DNA of 64,000 nt, taken from NCBI RefSeq assembly GCF_035371925.1, contig NZ_DAORXT010000002.1, forward strand, positions 2,556 to 66,555. The letters run 5' to 3'. Position 1 is the first letter of the stretch. The number at the start of each line of letters is the position of its first letter. Both the position numbers and the translations under genes were made by a program. The DNA is from Acetivibrio sp. (GTDB lineage Bacteria; Bacillota; Clostridia; Acetivibrionales; Acetivibrionaceae). Under the pieces are notes generated by a model. It searched no databases, was not told where the DNA came from, and saw only the letters and a list, made by a program, of their open reading frames with translations. Below are positions 55,037 through 64,000 of this stretch, one piece after another.

Positions 55037-55318
55037 CTACTTATCCGTTATTGACTTTAAAATCTTGTCTGCAATATCCTCTTCGCTGACTTTGTAAGTA
55101 CCGGCTTCAATTTTTCGTGTCAATTCCTCCACTTTGTCCTTTCGTATGTCCGGTATCTCCTTTAATGCTTTCATTGCCGTCTGAATGTCTTTCGCCTGAT
55201 TCGAAATGGATACCACATCTTTCTTCTTGGTCGCCCCATCAGTCTTTTCCATCTTGTTTACGGTTTTGCTGCTGTCATAGATGCCTGAAACCTTTGGGAC
55301 CCCCTCCCAGATTTTCAT
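55037..55318 (-). CDS. flgM: anti-sigma-28 factor FlgM
   Basis: 93 aa from ATG 55316-55318; IRKDKVEELTRKIEAGTYKVSEEDIADKIL C-terminal FlgM motif. Confidence 0.88.
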   Translation of the reverse strand: MKIWEGVPKVSGIYDSSKTVNKMEKTDGATKKKDVVSISNQAKDIQTAMKALKEIPDIRKDKVEELTRKIEAGTYKVSEEDIADKILKSITDK

Positions 55319-55540
55319 AATTACCACTCACCTTCATAAAAACTTTCTATGTTAATATTTTAAGTATTGACTTCATCATTAGTTTCTTTATCCTTCCTCT
55401 CATTAATAATATCGTCATTTAAAATATTTAGTTAATAAATAAATATTACTATTATCAAGTACAATATTAAGCTTAATATAGTTCTTAAAAATATTAATTT
55501 TTTTACTCAATATAATACTGTCAGCAAATAAGTTCTAATA

Positions 55541-55984
55541 TTATTTTTCCGGATTCCACTTTTCGTACTTGTTTAAGTATTTCATTCCCATTCCAGCCGG
55601 TTTTTTCTTGTCGGTGTCGCCGGATGCTGACTTGGATATCTCTTCTGCACTCGACTTGAATCCTTCGCTAAGCTCTCGGGAGCATTCATTGCAAAACCTT
55701 CCTGTGGTTATGGATCTGCCGCATTTCTCGCACTCCAATATCAAGTTGCCGTCATTGCCGACAATCTCAAGTCTTCCTTCCCTCAAATAGCTTTTTATTT
55801 TCTGGACACTGATTTCCAGCACATTTGACACCTCAAGAATTGAAGCCTTAGGATGCTCATAAAGGTACTCCTTTACTTTTTTGAATTCCTCTTCATCCTG
55901 TTTTTTACAATCATGGCAAATGGGCCGTCCGCCGATATAGTTGAAAATCCTCCCGCATCGTTTGCAGTTTCTTACATCCGGCAT
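55541..55984 (-). CDS. YvyF-type flagellar operon zinc-ribbon protein
   Basis: Start at ATG 55982-55984 (GGAGG upstream); CKRCGRIFNY...CHDCKK and CEKCGR...CNEC ribbons flanking an HTH-like segment. Confidence 0.8.
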   Translation of the reverse strand: MPDVRNCKRCGRIFNYIGGRPICHDCKKQDEEEFKKVKEYLYEHPKASILEVSNVLEISVQKIKSYLREGRLEIVGNDGNLILECEKCGRSITTGRFCNECSRELSEGFKSSAEEISKSASGDTDKKKPAGMGMKYLNKYEKWNPEK

Positions 55985-56096
55985 ACCGATTCCTCCTAGC
56001 CTAATAATATACCAAACTTTAATTCGCAAAACAGTATTAAATATCCTCACAGTATATTTCGGCATTTTATTTATAATAGTTTAACCATGTATACTG

Positions 56097-56759
56097 TTAC
56101 CTTCTTCCTGACGCAATGACGGCGGCCACAATTTTTTTGGCTCCGGCTTCCTTTAGCACTCTGCTGCACTCATTCAATGTTGAGCCGGTAGTCAAAATAT
56201 CATCCACCAAAAACATTGTTTTCCCCTCAATTTTGGATGCATTGGTTATTTTAAACGCATCCTTTATGTTAATGAGTCTGTCGTCCCTCTTTAAAAGGCT
56301 CTGGCTATTGGTATTTTTAACTCTCACCAAAAGCCTGGACTCATTCTTTATTCCCAGCTCCCGGCTGAGCTGGCGGGCTATAAGATAAGACTGGTTGTAG
56401 CCGCGGTTTCGCTCCCTATTAGGATGCAAGGGAACGCTTACAATCATGTCAAATTTCTGCCACTGGGTCAATTCCTTTATTTTCTGTGCCAAAAGCCGTG
56501 CAAAGGTCCTATAATAAGAGGGCTTGTTATAAAACTTGTATCTTCTTATCGCTTCCTTTACAATGCCGCTGTAGTCGCATACACAGATTACACTGTCATA
56601 GTAGTTGTACTTCCCCTGAGGATTGATACTTGCCTCTTCCTTAAAACTAATCTGTTCATAGCACTCTTTGCATATTTCTATTTTAGTATCGGTATTTAAA
56701 ATCGTTCCGCAAAATATGCACTTTGGCGGAAAGATGAGGTTTATAATCCGGTTTATCAT
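56097..56759 (-). CDS. comFC: ComF-family phosphoribosyltransferase-fold protein ComFC
   Basis: Start at ATG 56757-56759 overlapping the recD2 stop (ATGA); PPKCIFCG...CKEC zinc motif, PRT motif FLVDDILTTGSTL. Confidence 0.85.
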   Translation of the reverse strand: MINRIINLIFPPKCIFCGTILNTDTKIEICKECYEQISFKEEASINPQGKYNYYDSVICVCDYSGIVKEAIRRYKFYNKPSYYRTFARLLAQKIKELTQWQKFDMIVSVPLHPNRERNRGYNQSYLIARQLSRELGIKNESRLLVRVKNTNSQSLLKRDDRLINIKDAFKITNASKIEGKTMFLVDDILTTGSTLNECSRVLKEAGAKKIVAAVIASGRR

Positions 56760-58993
56760 TGTCTCAACCAATCCATTCCAAGAACACATTTTCTAAGCTT
56801 TTCAGAAAGATCTGAATTTCTTTTTGTTTCACGGTCGTTGATAATCATTCCGCCAAGGCAATCTTTATTCCCCACAAGGATTACCAGCTCCCTAGCCCTC
56901 GTTATTGCAGTATACAAAAGATTTCTAGTCATCAGTACCGAAGGACCTGGAAATACCGGAAGTATCACCACGGGAAACTCACTTCCCTGGCTTTTATGAA
57001 TAGTTATGGCATATGCCAGTTCCAGCTCGTCCAAAATAGTGTAATCATATCCCACAAGTCTCTCATCATCAAAGCAAACTTTTATTTTTTGCTCTTCATC
57101 GTCTATTTCAACTATAACACCCATATCGCCGTTAAACACACCCGTGCCCTCCTGGGTCGGGTCATTAATTTTTTCCCACTTGAGGTTGTAGTTGTTCTTT
57201 ACCTGCATCACCCGGTCACCTTCACGGAATACATAGTCTCTAAAGGCCTTTTGGTTCTTTTTGTTGCTCTCGGGATTCAAGACCTTCTGAAGCTCAATGT
57301 TAAGGTTTCCCACCCCCACCGCACTCTTTCTCATAGGTGTCAATACCTGTATCTGCCTCATGGGATCATATCCGTAAGTGTCGGGTATCCTCCTTATGCA
57401 AAGGTCAATCACTGTTTTTAAAATGTCGCTTTGGGAATTCCTTGTCACAAAGAAAAAATCTTTTTCCCTGTCATTTAATATAGGAAGCTCCCCGCGGTTT
57501 ATTCTGTGGGCATTGACAACTATCATGCTTTCTCCGGCCTGCCGGAATATGTCGGACAGTTTGACAGTCTTTACCATCCCGCTTTTTATTATATCCCTAA
57601 GAACATTTCCCGGGCCCACCGAAGGCAGCTGGTCCACGTCCCCGACCAATATAAGCCTTGTCCCGCAAGCGATGGCTTTGAGCAGGTGGTTCATAAGAAT
57701 TATATCCACCATGGACATCTCGTCGATTATCACTACATCTGCTTCTATGGGATTTTCTTCTGTCCTCATAAACACCAGCTCGTCCTCATTGGCCGTATAA
57801 CCGATTTCAAGGAGCCTGTGAATGGTCTTTGCCTCATAGCCCGTAGCCTCGGACATCCTCTTTGCCGCCCGGCCGGTAGGAGCCGCAAGCGCAAACTCAT
57901 ATCCTTCACTTTCAAGAAGGCTAATAATGCTTTTAATTATAGTCGTCTTACCCGTACCCGGTCCTCCCGTTATTACAAGCACGCCATTGATCATTGCTTC
58001 CCTGATGGCTTCCTTTTGCTTGTCCGCAAGTATTATACCTTCTTTTTCCTGAACCCGCTTTATCCTTTTCTCAAAATCCTGCATATTGCCGCTGAATCTA
58101 ACTTGGGAAAGCTCCACCAGCTTTTTGCATACTCCCAGCTCCGCATTGTAAAAGGCACTCAAATAAATCCTTGATGTGCCGTCATTTCTATCCACATACA
58201 CCGACTTGTTCAGCACAAGGGCAACTAAGGCATCAGCTATGCGTTCAATATTGATGTTTAAAAGCTTTGACGTATAATCCTTAAGTATTTCCTCTTCAAC
58301 AAAAGTGTGCCCATCTGCCGCAGCCTGGGTAAGTACATATTTAATACCGCTTGAAATCCTGTATTTGGAATATGGGGCAATTCCAAGACTTTTAGCTATG
58401 CTGTCGGCCGTCTTAAAGCTTATGCCGAAAATCTCGTCCGAAAGCCGGTAAGGATTTCTTTTAATTTCTTCCACAGTATTCGGCCCAAAAGTCTTGTATA
58501 TCTTGGCACAATAAGTAGGACTAATGCCGTACTCCTGCAAAAACAGTACAACATCCCGAAGGCCCCTTTGCTCTTCAAAGGCCTGTCCTATTTTCAAAGC
58601 CTTTTCCATTTTAATGCCTTTTATCTCTGCAAGTCTCTGAGGGTGATGGCTTATAATGTGAAGAGCCTGGTCTCCAAACTTTTTTACAATCTTTTTTGCC
58701 GTTGCCGGCCCAACCCCTTTAATAAGTCCTGATGCAAGATACCTTTCTATAGCCTCTGTCGTTTCCGGAAGCAGCTTTTCATACAGCTCCACTTTAAGCT
58801 GTTCGCCATAGTCGGGGTGGGTAACCCATTTCCCCGAGACTTTCAGCGTTTCACCCACATTAATAAAGGGCATGTATCCCACAGCAGTAATAACTTCTTT
58901 ATCGCATTTTATCTCACAAACGGTATATCCGTTGGCTTCATTGGAAAATATAATTTCTTCAATGGTACCTTCAATAGTTACCAATGTATCCAC
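56756..58993 (-). CDS. recD2: RecD2-type SF1B ATP-dependent DNA helicase
   Basis: 745 aa; N-terminal OB/HhH region, Walker A GGPGTGKTT, Walker B VIIDEMSMVD, TIHKSQGSEF motif. Confidence 0.9.
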   Translation of the reverse strand: MDTLVTIEGTIEEIIFSNEANGYTVCEIKCDKEVITAVGYMPFINVGETLKVSGKWVTHPDYGEQLKVELYEKLLPETTEAIERYLASGLIKGVGPATAKKIVKKFGDQALHIISHHPQRLAEIKGIKMEKALKIGQAFEEQRGLRDVVLFLQEYGISPTYCAKIYKTFGPNTVEEIKRNPYRLSDEIFGISFKTADSIAKSLGIAPYSKYRISSGIKYVLTQAAADGHTFVEEEILKDYTSKLLNINIERIADALVALVLNKSVYVDRNDGTSRIYLSAFYNAELGVCKKLVELSQVRFSGNMQDFEKRIKRVQEKEGIILADKQKEAIREAMINGVLVITGGPGTGKTTIIKSIISLLESEGYEFALAAPTGRAAKRMSEATGYEAKTIHRLLEIGYTANEDELVFMRTEENPIEADVVIIDEMSMVDIILMNHLLKAIACGTRLILVGDVDQLPSVGPGNVLRDIIKSGMVKTVKLSDIFRQAGESMIVVNAHRINRGELPILNDREKDFFFVTRNSQSDILKTVIDLCIRRIPDTYGYDPMRQIQVLTPMRKSAVGVGNLNIELQKVLNPESNKKNQKAFRDYVFREGDRVMQVKNNYNLKWEKINDPTQEGTGVFNGDMGVIVEIDDEEQKIKVCFDDERLVGYDYTILDELELAYAITIHKSQGSEFPVVILPVFPGPSVLMTRNLLYTAITRARELVILVGNKDCLGGMIINDRETKRNSDLSEKLRKCVLGMDWLRQ

Positions 58994-59096
58994 CTTATTC
59001 TTTGTATATTTGCATATTTATAAAATTACATACTTAAGTATACCTTATATATAATGTTTCGAAAAGAACGGGAATAAATATTCATCTTTGGTTTCG

Positions 59097-59501
59097 CTAT
59101 ACATTTCTTCTTTTGGCATGTTCCAAAATAGTATCATTGTCTTTCGGTTCGTCAAATGACTTAAATAGAGCATCTTTTTCGCTTTTCCCCAACACCTCAA
59201 GACATTCATAATCCTTTTCCAGCCTTCTTAGAATGTCCATTGTATCGTCATTAGAGCCCATATCAAGCACCATGAGCTTTCCTCCAGGCATCAGCTTTCT
59301 GATAAAATCCCTGGGCAAAACGTTTCTTAATACCCCTTCAATCGTCTCCCCCTGATTCTTGACAATCAACACAAGCTTTACCTGGGAATTTCTATAACCT
59401 TTATTATGATTTTTTATAGAAACTAAAAGATCGTGTATCAGCATCATGAGGCCGTAAGCTGCAAGAAAACAGGCTATTACTTCAAAGATAAACTCCGCCA
59501 T
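59097..59501 (-). CDS. hypothetical membrane-anchored protein
   Basis: 134 aa from ATG 59499-59501 (GGAGG 8 nt upstream); one N-terminal TM; weak GT-A-like LDMGSNDDT segment. Confidence 0.45.
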   Translation of the reverse strand: MAEFIFEVIACFLAAYGLMMLIHDLLVSIKNHNKGYRNSQVKLVLIVKNQGETIEGVLRNVLPRDFIRKLMPGGKLMVLDMGSNDDTMDILRRLEKDYECLEVLGKSEKDALFKSFDEPKDNDTILEHAKRRNV

Positions 59502-59563
59502 AATAAACACCTCCAGTTAACAGTCTATGAATTTTGCTTTGCAACTGTTACAGGTGCCTATAT

Positions 59564-59601
59564 AAAAAGCCGAAGCAGGCAAACAATTGCCCTCTTCGGC
59601 T
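59564..59601 (-). terminator. rho-independent terminator of metK
   Basis: 15-bp stem AGCCGAAGAGGGCAA/TTGCCTGCTTCGGCT (one mismatch) followed by TTTTT on the minus strand. Confidence 0.65.
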
Positions 59602-59649
59602 CTTTACTGTTCCTTCTGAAATTTATTTTTTACAATAATTATCTAAAAC

Positions 59650-60843
59650 TTAAATCTCCTGCGCTTCCCTTCTTAAGTCTTCGGCCTTGTCTGTCTTTTC
59701 CCAAGGAAGGTCAATGTCCGTCCTTCCAAAGTGTCCGTAAGCTGCTGTCTGTTTGTAAATCGGCCTTCTTAAATCAAGGGTCTTGATAATTCCTGCAGGT
59801 CTTAGGTCAAAATGCTTGTTTACCAAGCTTTCTATTTTCTCTTCAGGAATTATTCCGGTACCAAATGTATCAACCCTCACCGAAACCGGTCTTGCCACAC
59901 CTATTGCATAAGCCAGCTGCACTTCGCATTTCTTGGCAAGCCCTGCAGCAACTATATTTTTTGCCACATAACGGGCAGCATAAGCAGCCGAACGGTCAAC
60001 TTTTGTGGGGTCTTTACCTGAAAATGCTCCGCCGCCGTGTCTTGCATAACCTCCATAAGTATCTACGATTATCTTTCTTCCGGTAAGCCCGGAGTCTCCT
60101 TGAGGTCCGCCAACCACAAATCTTCCTGTGGGATTGACAAGATACTTAGTATTGCTGTCCAAAAGCTCGGCCGGTATAACAGGCTTTATAACATGCTCAA
60201 TAATATCTCTCTTTATTGTATCGTGATCCACCTCAGGACCATGCTGTGTGGAAATAAGTACCGTATCCACCCTTACAGGCTTGTCCCCGTCATATTCAAC
60301 AGTAACCTGGGACTTTCCGTCTGGCCTTAGGTAGTCCAATGTGCCGTTTTTCCTTACCTGGCTTAACCTCATGGCAAGCTTGTGAGCTAATGAGATGGGC
60401 ATTGGCATAAGTTCGGGTGTTTCATCACATGCAAAGCCGAACATCATTCCCTGGTCACCTGCTCCTATGGCTTCAATTTGCTCATCGCTCATTTCCCCTG
60501 TCTTTGCTTCAAGGGCCTTGTCAACTCCCATGGCTATATCGGGAGACTGCTCGTCAATTGAAGTCAGAACCGCACACGTATCACAGTCAAATCCATACTT
60601 TGCCCTATCATAACCTATTTCGCGAATTGTGCCTCTTACAATCCTTGGTATATCGACATAACAATTTGTTGTAATTTCACCGGTTACCAAAACAAGTCCT
60701 GTAGTAACTGAAGTTTCACATGCTACCCTCGCCATAGGATCCTTAGCAAAAATTGCATCCAAAACGGCATCGGAGATCTGGTCGCATATTTTGTCAGGAT
60801 GGCCTTCAGTAACTGATTCCGATGTAAATAGTTTTCTTGCCAT
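59650..60843 (-). CDS. metK: S-adenosylmethionine synthetase
   Basis: 397 aa; [48 protein letters not shown]. Confidence 0.97.
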   Translation of the reverse strand: MARKLFTSESVTEGHPDKICDQISDAVLDAIFAKDPMARVACETSVTTGLVLVTGEITTNCYVDIPRIVRGTIREIGYDRAKYGFDCDTCAVLTSIDEQSPDIAMGVDKALEAKTGEMSDEQIEAIGAGDQGMMFGFACDETPELMPMPISLAHKLAMRLSQVRKNGTLDYLRPDGKSQVTVEYDGDKPVRVDTVLISTQHGPEVDHDTIKRDIIEHVIKPVIPAELLDSNTKYLVNPTGRFVVGGPQGDSGLTGRKIIVDTYGGYARHGGGAFSGKDPTKVDRSAAYAARYVAKNIVAAGLAKKCEVQLAYAIGVARPVSVRVDTFGTGIIPEEKIESLVNKHFDLRPAGIIKTLDLRRPIYKQTAAYGHFGRTDIDLPWEKTDKAEDLRREAQEI

Positions 60844-60928
60844 TTAGGTTACCTCCTTATTAATTTTTTCTTTTGCAAGTATGTCAACAAAGCATTGCTG
60901 CAACTTGTCCAAAATCCGACAAAACACA

Positions 60929-61071
60929 TAAAAAAACCTCTTTCACAAAAAGAGGATCCAGTTTTTATCCTCATCTGTCAGGACTTTTACATCCTGTAGG
61001 AATTGGCACCGATACAATTCTGCCGGTTGCCGGGTTTCATAGGGCCCATTCCCTCCACCTCTCTTGATAAG
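60929..61071 (-). promoter_or_regulatory. SAM-I (S-box) riboswitch with terminator
   Basis: Minus strand CTTATCAAGAGAGGTGGAGGGAATGGGCCCTATGAAACCCGGCAACC...GGTGCCAATTCC...GACAGATGAGGA, then CCTCTTTttgtgAAAGAGG plus a T-run. Confidence 0.92.
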
Positions 61072-61175
61072 GCTACCTGTATTATTTTGTCATAGTATAA
61101 TGTATCATATACCTTATACTTAGTCAATAAATATGAGGCTTTTCTTTGTATAAATTTTGCCAAAGTTTTTTTACA

Positions 61176-61580
61176 CTAAATATTATTCGACTTTTTATAC
61201 ACTTTATCCCTGAAATTTTGGGATGACACTATATACCTTTCATGGTATCCCTCTCCTATTTTTTCGACACCGTCAAAAGCTTCCACCTTAAAGGTAAGCT
61301 TTCTTCCTTCAACAGCTATCAACTCTGCCAAAGCCTTTACTTTCATTCCTACAGGTGTACCGGCAATATGCTTAATATTCACTGAAGTCCCGACAGTGGT
61401 ATACCCTTTAGGCAGATGCAGGGACACCGCCGACAATGCAGCCCTCTCCATCAAACCTATCATTGCCGGAGTTGAATAAACATCCATATCTCCGCTTCCG
61501 TACTCTTCTGCAGTACTCTTATCCGTTACCCATGTTTCAACAGATGCATTCAAACCAACCTTTAAGCTTACATTCTCCAT
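61176..61580 (-). CDS. hotdog-fold thioesterase family protein
   Basis: 134 aa; GSGDMDVYSTPAMIGLMERAA and VGTSVNIKHIAGTPVG pattern of small acyl-CoA thioesterases. Confidence 0.65.
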   Translation of the reverse strand: MENVSLKVGLNASVETWVTDKSTAEEYGSGDMDVYSTPAMIGLMERAALSAVSLHLPKGYTTVGTSVNIKHIAGTPVGMKVKALAELIAVEGRKLTFKVEAFDGVEKIGEGYHERYIVSSQNFRDKVYKKSNNI

Positions 61581-61774
61581 AGTTCTTCCCTCTCCACTTG
61601 AAATTCAAAATTTTCGGCTCATTAGAAAGCCAAGCCCTAAACTTTAGCCCAACGAATTTCCAGCACTTGAAAATGCATAATACCTTTTCGGGTTTAATGC
61701 TTTCAAAGATTCTAGAAACAATTTCTGTTACCGGGCACTTGATATTATAGCAAATACATTTGCAATAATAAAGT

Positions 61775-61810
61775 AAAAAAAGAGATAGTTTATAACCATC
61801 TCTTTTTATT
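61775..61810 (-). terminator. terminator after ftsH
   Basis: AGAGAT/ATCTCT stem flanked by an A-run and a T-run, 33 nt after the ftsH stop. Confidence 0.55.
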
Positions 61811-61842
61811 TATAAAAGGAAGCTATTTTTTAGAAGAATTAA

Positions 61843-63642
61843 TCAGGCACTTGCATACAGCTCTTCAAACTCATGCCCTTCAAGCTTTTCTCTTTCAATA
61901 AGGGCATTTGCTATTGCATGGAGTTTATTAATATTTTCCTTCAAAATATTTGTTATTCTTTCATAGCATGTATCTATTATCTTCTTTACTTCCTTGTCAA
62001 TTTGAGCAGCTACCTCTTCACTGTAGTTTCTTGTCTGTGCCAGGTCTCTTCCGATAAATACCTCATCATTCTCATTTCCGAATACGAGATTGCCCAGAGT
62101 ATCACTCATACCGTATTTGGTAATCATACTTCTGGCAATTCCGTTAGCCTGCTTCAAATCAGAATAAGCACCGGTGCTTACTTCTCCCAGCACAATCTCC
62201 TCTGCTGCCCTTCCGCCTAAAGATACAATAATCTTTTCAATGAGATGGGATTTGGTTTCATAAGTCTTATCCTCATCCGGCTTGTGGGCGGTAAAGCCGC
62301 CTGCCATACCTGACGGAATAATGGAAATCCTGTCAACTTTATCGGTAGTGGACACAGCTTTTATCGCAATAGCATGACCGGCTTCATGATATGCTGTAAG
62401 CCTTTTTTCCTTTTCGCTCATTACCCTGCTCTTCTTCTCCGGTCCTACTACCACCTTGAATACCGCCTCTTTTATTTCAGCCATTGTTATTACTTTCTTA
62501 TTGGCTCTGGCAGCAAGCAAAGCTGCTTCGTTAAGGAGATTTTCAAGGTCTGCTCCGGTAAATCCGGGAGTACTCTTTGCAAGCTCATCCAATTTAACAT
62601 CTTCAGCCAACGGCTTGCCTTTGGCATGAACTTTCAGTATTTCTTCCCTTCCTTTTATATCTGGAAGTCCCACTACAACTCTTCTGTCAAATCTTCCCGG
62701 TCTTAGAAGCGCTGGGTCCAAAATATCCGGTCTGTTTGTAGCAGCTAGAATTATTACCCCTTCATTTGCTCCAAAACCATCCATTTCAACCAACAACTGG
62801 TTGAGCGTCTGTTCCCGTTCGTCATGGCCTCCGCCAAGTCCTGCTCCTCTATGTCTTCCCACAGCATCAATTTCGTCTATGAAGACGATACACGGAGCGT
62901 TCTTCTTTGCCTGCTCAAAAAGGTCTCTAACCCTTGAAGCACCTACGCCGACAAACATTTCCACAAAGTCCGAACCGCTTATGCTAAAGAACGGAACTCC
63001 AGCTTCTCCCGATACGGCCTTTGCCAGCAAGGTTTTACCGGTACCCGGAGGTCCCACCAAAAGAACTCCCTTAGGTATCCTTGCTCCAAGCTCCAAAAAC
63101 TTTTTAGAGTGCTTTAAAAATTCAACTATTTCTCTCAGTTCTTCTTTCTCTTCATCAGCACCTGCGACATCATCGAAAGTTACCTTTCGCTTGTCATCTA
63201 TAGTCATCTTGGCTCTGCTTTTACCAAAGGACATTACCCTGCTTCCGCCGCCTTGCGACTGCTGGAGGAAAAACACCCAAAACAGCACAAACACGACTAT
63301 AATCACCAAAGTAGGCAATATTGAAATCCACCATGGCGGGGAATAAGGAACCCTGCTGCGAAACTCCAATTCTCCCTGTCTGATAAGGTTATTTATCTCA
63401 TTCATAAATACCTCAACATCAGGTATATAAACAAACTGGTCTCTCTGTCCTTCTCCTTTATATTTTACTGTGGCTTTATTGTCCTCCAGTATGATCTCTT
63501 GAACCTTTCCGTTCTGAATATCACTTATAAGCTGCGAATACTTTTGCTCTTTTTCAACCGGACGGCTTTGCACTACAACCAAAAAAGCCAGCAGCATAAC
63601 AAACAGTACTATATAAAAGCTTATATTCTTAAAATATTTCAA
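61843..63642 (-). CDS. ftsH: ATP-dependent zinc metalloprotease FtsH
   Basis: 599 aa from TTG (GGAGGG 7 nt upstream); two TM helices, Walker [12 protein letters not shown] region, HEAGH zinc motif. Confidence 0.96.
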   Translation of the reverse strand: MKYFKNISFYIVLFVMLLAFLVVVQSRPVEKEQKYSQLISDIQNGKVQEIILEDNKATVKYKGEGQRDQFVYIPDVEVFMNEINNLIRQGELEFRSRVPYSPPWWISILPTLVIIVVFVLFWVFFLQQSQGGGSRVMSFGKSRAKMTIDDKRKVTFDDVAGADEEKEELREIVEFLKHSKKFLELGARIPKGVLLVGPPGTGKTLLAKAVSGEAGVPFFSISGSDFVEMFVGVGASRVRDLFEQAKKNAPCIVFIDEIDAVGRHRGAGLGGGHDEREQTLNQLLVEMDGFGANEGVIILAATNRPDILDPALLRPGRFDRRVVVGLPDIKGREEILKVHAKGKPLAEDVKLDELAKSTPGFTGADLENLLNEAALLAARANKKVITMAEIKEAVFKVVVGPEKKSRVMSEKEKRLTAYHEAGHAIAIKAVSTTDKVDRISIIPSGMAGGFTAHKPDEDKTYETKSHLIEKIIVSLGGRAAEEIVLGEVSTGAYSDLKQANGIARSMITKYGMSDTLGNLVFGNENDEVFIGRDLAQTRNYSEEVAAQIDKEVKKIIDTCYERITNILKENINKLHAIANALIEREKLEGHEFEELYASA

Positions 63643-63770
63643 ATAGCTCCCTCCTTATTAATTATTCTAAACAATGTAAAAAAACTAATACATCAAAGTA
63701 TATTCATCAACATATATTACATTATATTAACATAACGGTTCTAAAAACACAAGAAACCTTTATATTATTT

Positions 63771-64000
63771 TCACTCCGAGTCTCCTTTGGATTCATAAAC
63801 AGAAGACTTTAGTACACATACATCCGGAAGGTTCCTGTATTTACCTGCGTAATCCAATCCGTAACCTACCACAAATTTATCCGGTATTGTAATGCCTTCA
63901 TAATCTATTTCCAATTCCACCTTTCGCCTCGACGGCTTGTCAAGGGCGGTGCATACCTTAACATCTTTAGGGCCTCTGTTCTCAAACATGCTTTTTAAAT
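63771..64000 (-). CDS. hpt: hypoxanthine phosphoribosyltransferase (C-terminal part; N-terminus beyond window end)
   Basis: KVCTALDKPSRRKVELEIDYEGITIPDKFVVGYGLDYAGKYRNLPDVCVLK is the Hpt C-terminus; hpt-ftsH adjacency is common in Firmicutes. Confidence 0.85.
   Translation of the reverse strand, partial: LKSMFENRGPKDVKVCTALDKPSRRKVELEIDYEGITIPDKFVVGYGLDYAGKYRNLPDVCVLKSSVYESKGDSE

Noticed and set aside
55328-55540. AT-rich 213-nt region upstream of flgM, examined for a sigma-D promoter or a c-di-GMP riboswitch
   Set aside because: Only ACGATAT with no properly spaced TAAA. In such AT-rich sequence that is not distinguishable from chance. None of the GC-rich conserved cores of GEMM-type riboswitches are present.
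1-64000. Search for CRISPR arrays, tRNA/rRNA genes, IS elements, integrases and prophage or defence-island signatures
   Set aside because: No short direct repeats with regular spacers, no transposase- or integrase-like ORFs and no structured RNA genes were found. The only repeats are the flagellin tandem array, the paralogous island genes and the 41-nt hairpin element.

Overview
Low-GC Gram-positive (Clostridia-like) chromosomal segment, with almost every gene on the minus strand. From left to right: a BceRS-AB-type peptide-sensing module (ABC ATPase cut by the window edge); small membrane ORFs; folE; a complete cyanophycin set (cphB-cphA plus isoaspartyl dipeptidase); a divergent LexA-like repressor; leuCDB behind an AraC regulator; and an M-box riboswitch controlling corA. 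A late-flagellar region of about 37 kb follows. Its backbone order (recD2-comFC-yvyF-flgM-flgN-flgK-flgL-yviE-fliW-csrA-flagellin-flaG-fliD-fliS-fliT-like) mirrors Bacillus subtilis. It departs from that template in four ways: tandem flgK paralogs, a GT2-TPR gene, three tandem flagellin genes (the third carries an in-frame TAA), and a 22-kb, 23-ORF flagellin glycosylation island inserted between the flagellins and flaG. The island has single early pseudaminic-acid steps (PseB-like, PseC, PseH-like). Its late steps are duplicated (2 PseG, 2 NeuB/PseI, 2 cytidylyltransferases), and it also holds 2 Maf proteins, 5 methyltransferases, an ATP-grasp ligase and a B12-radical SAM enzyme. The most unusual part is an FkbH-ACP-GNAT-VOC cassette, which suggests ACP-dependent N-glyceroylation of the sugar. 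The right end holds metK behind a SAM-I riboswitch, a hotdog thioesterase, ftsH and a partial hpt. No CRISPR arrays, tRNA/rRNA genes, transposases or integrases were seen. All calls come from reading the ORF translations and the raw sequence; no database search was run.
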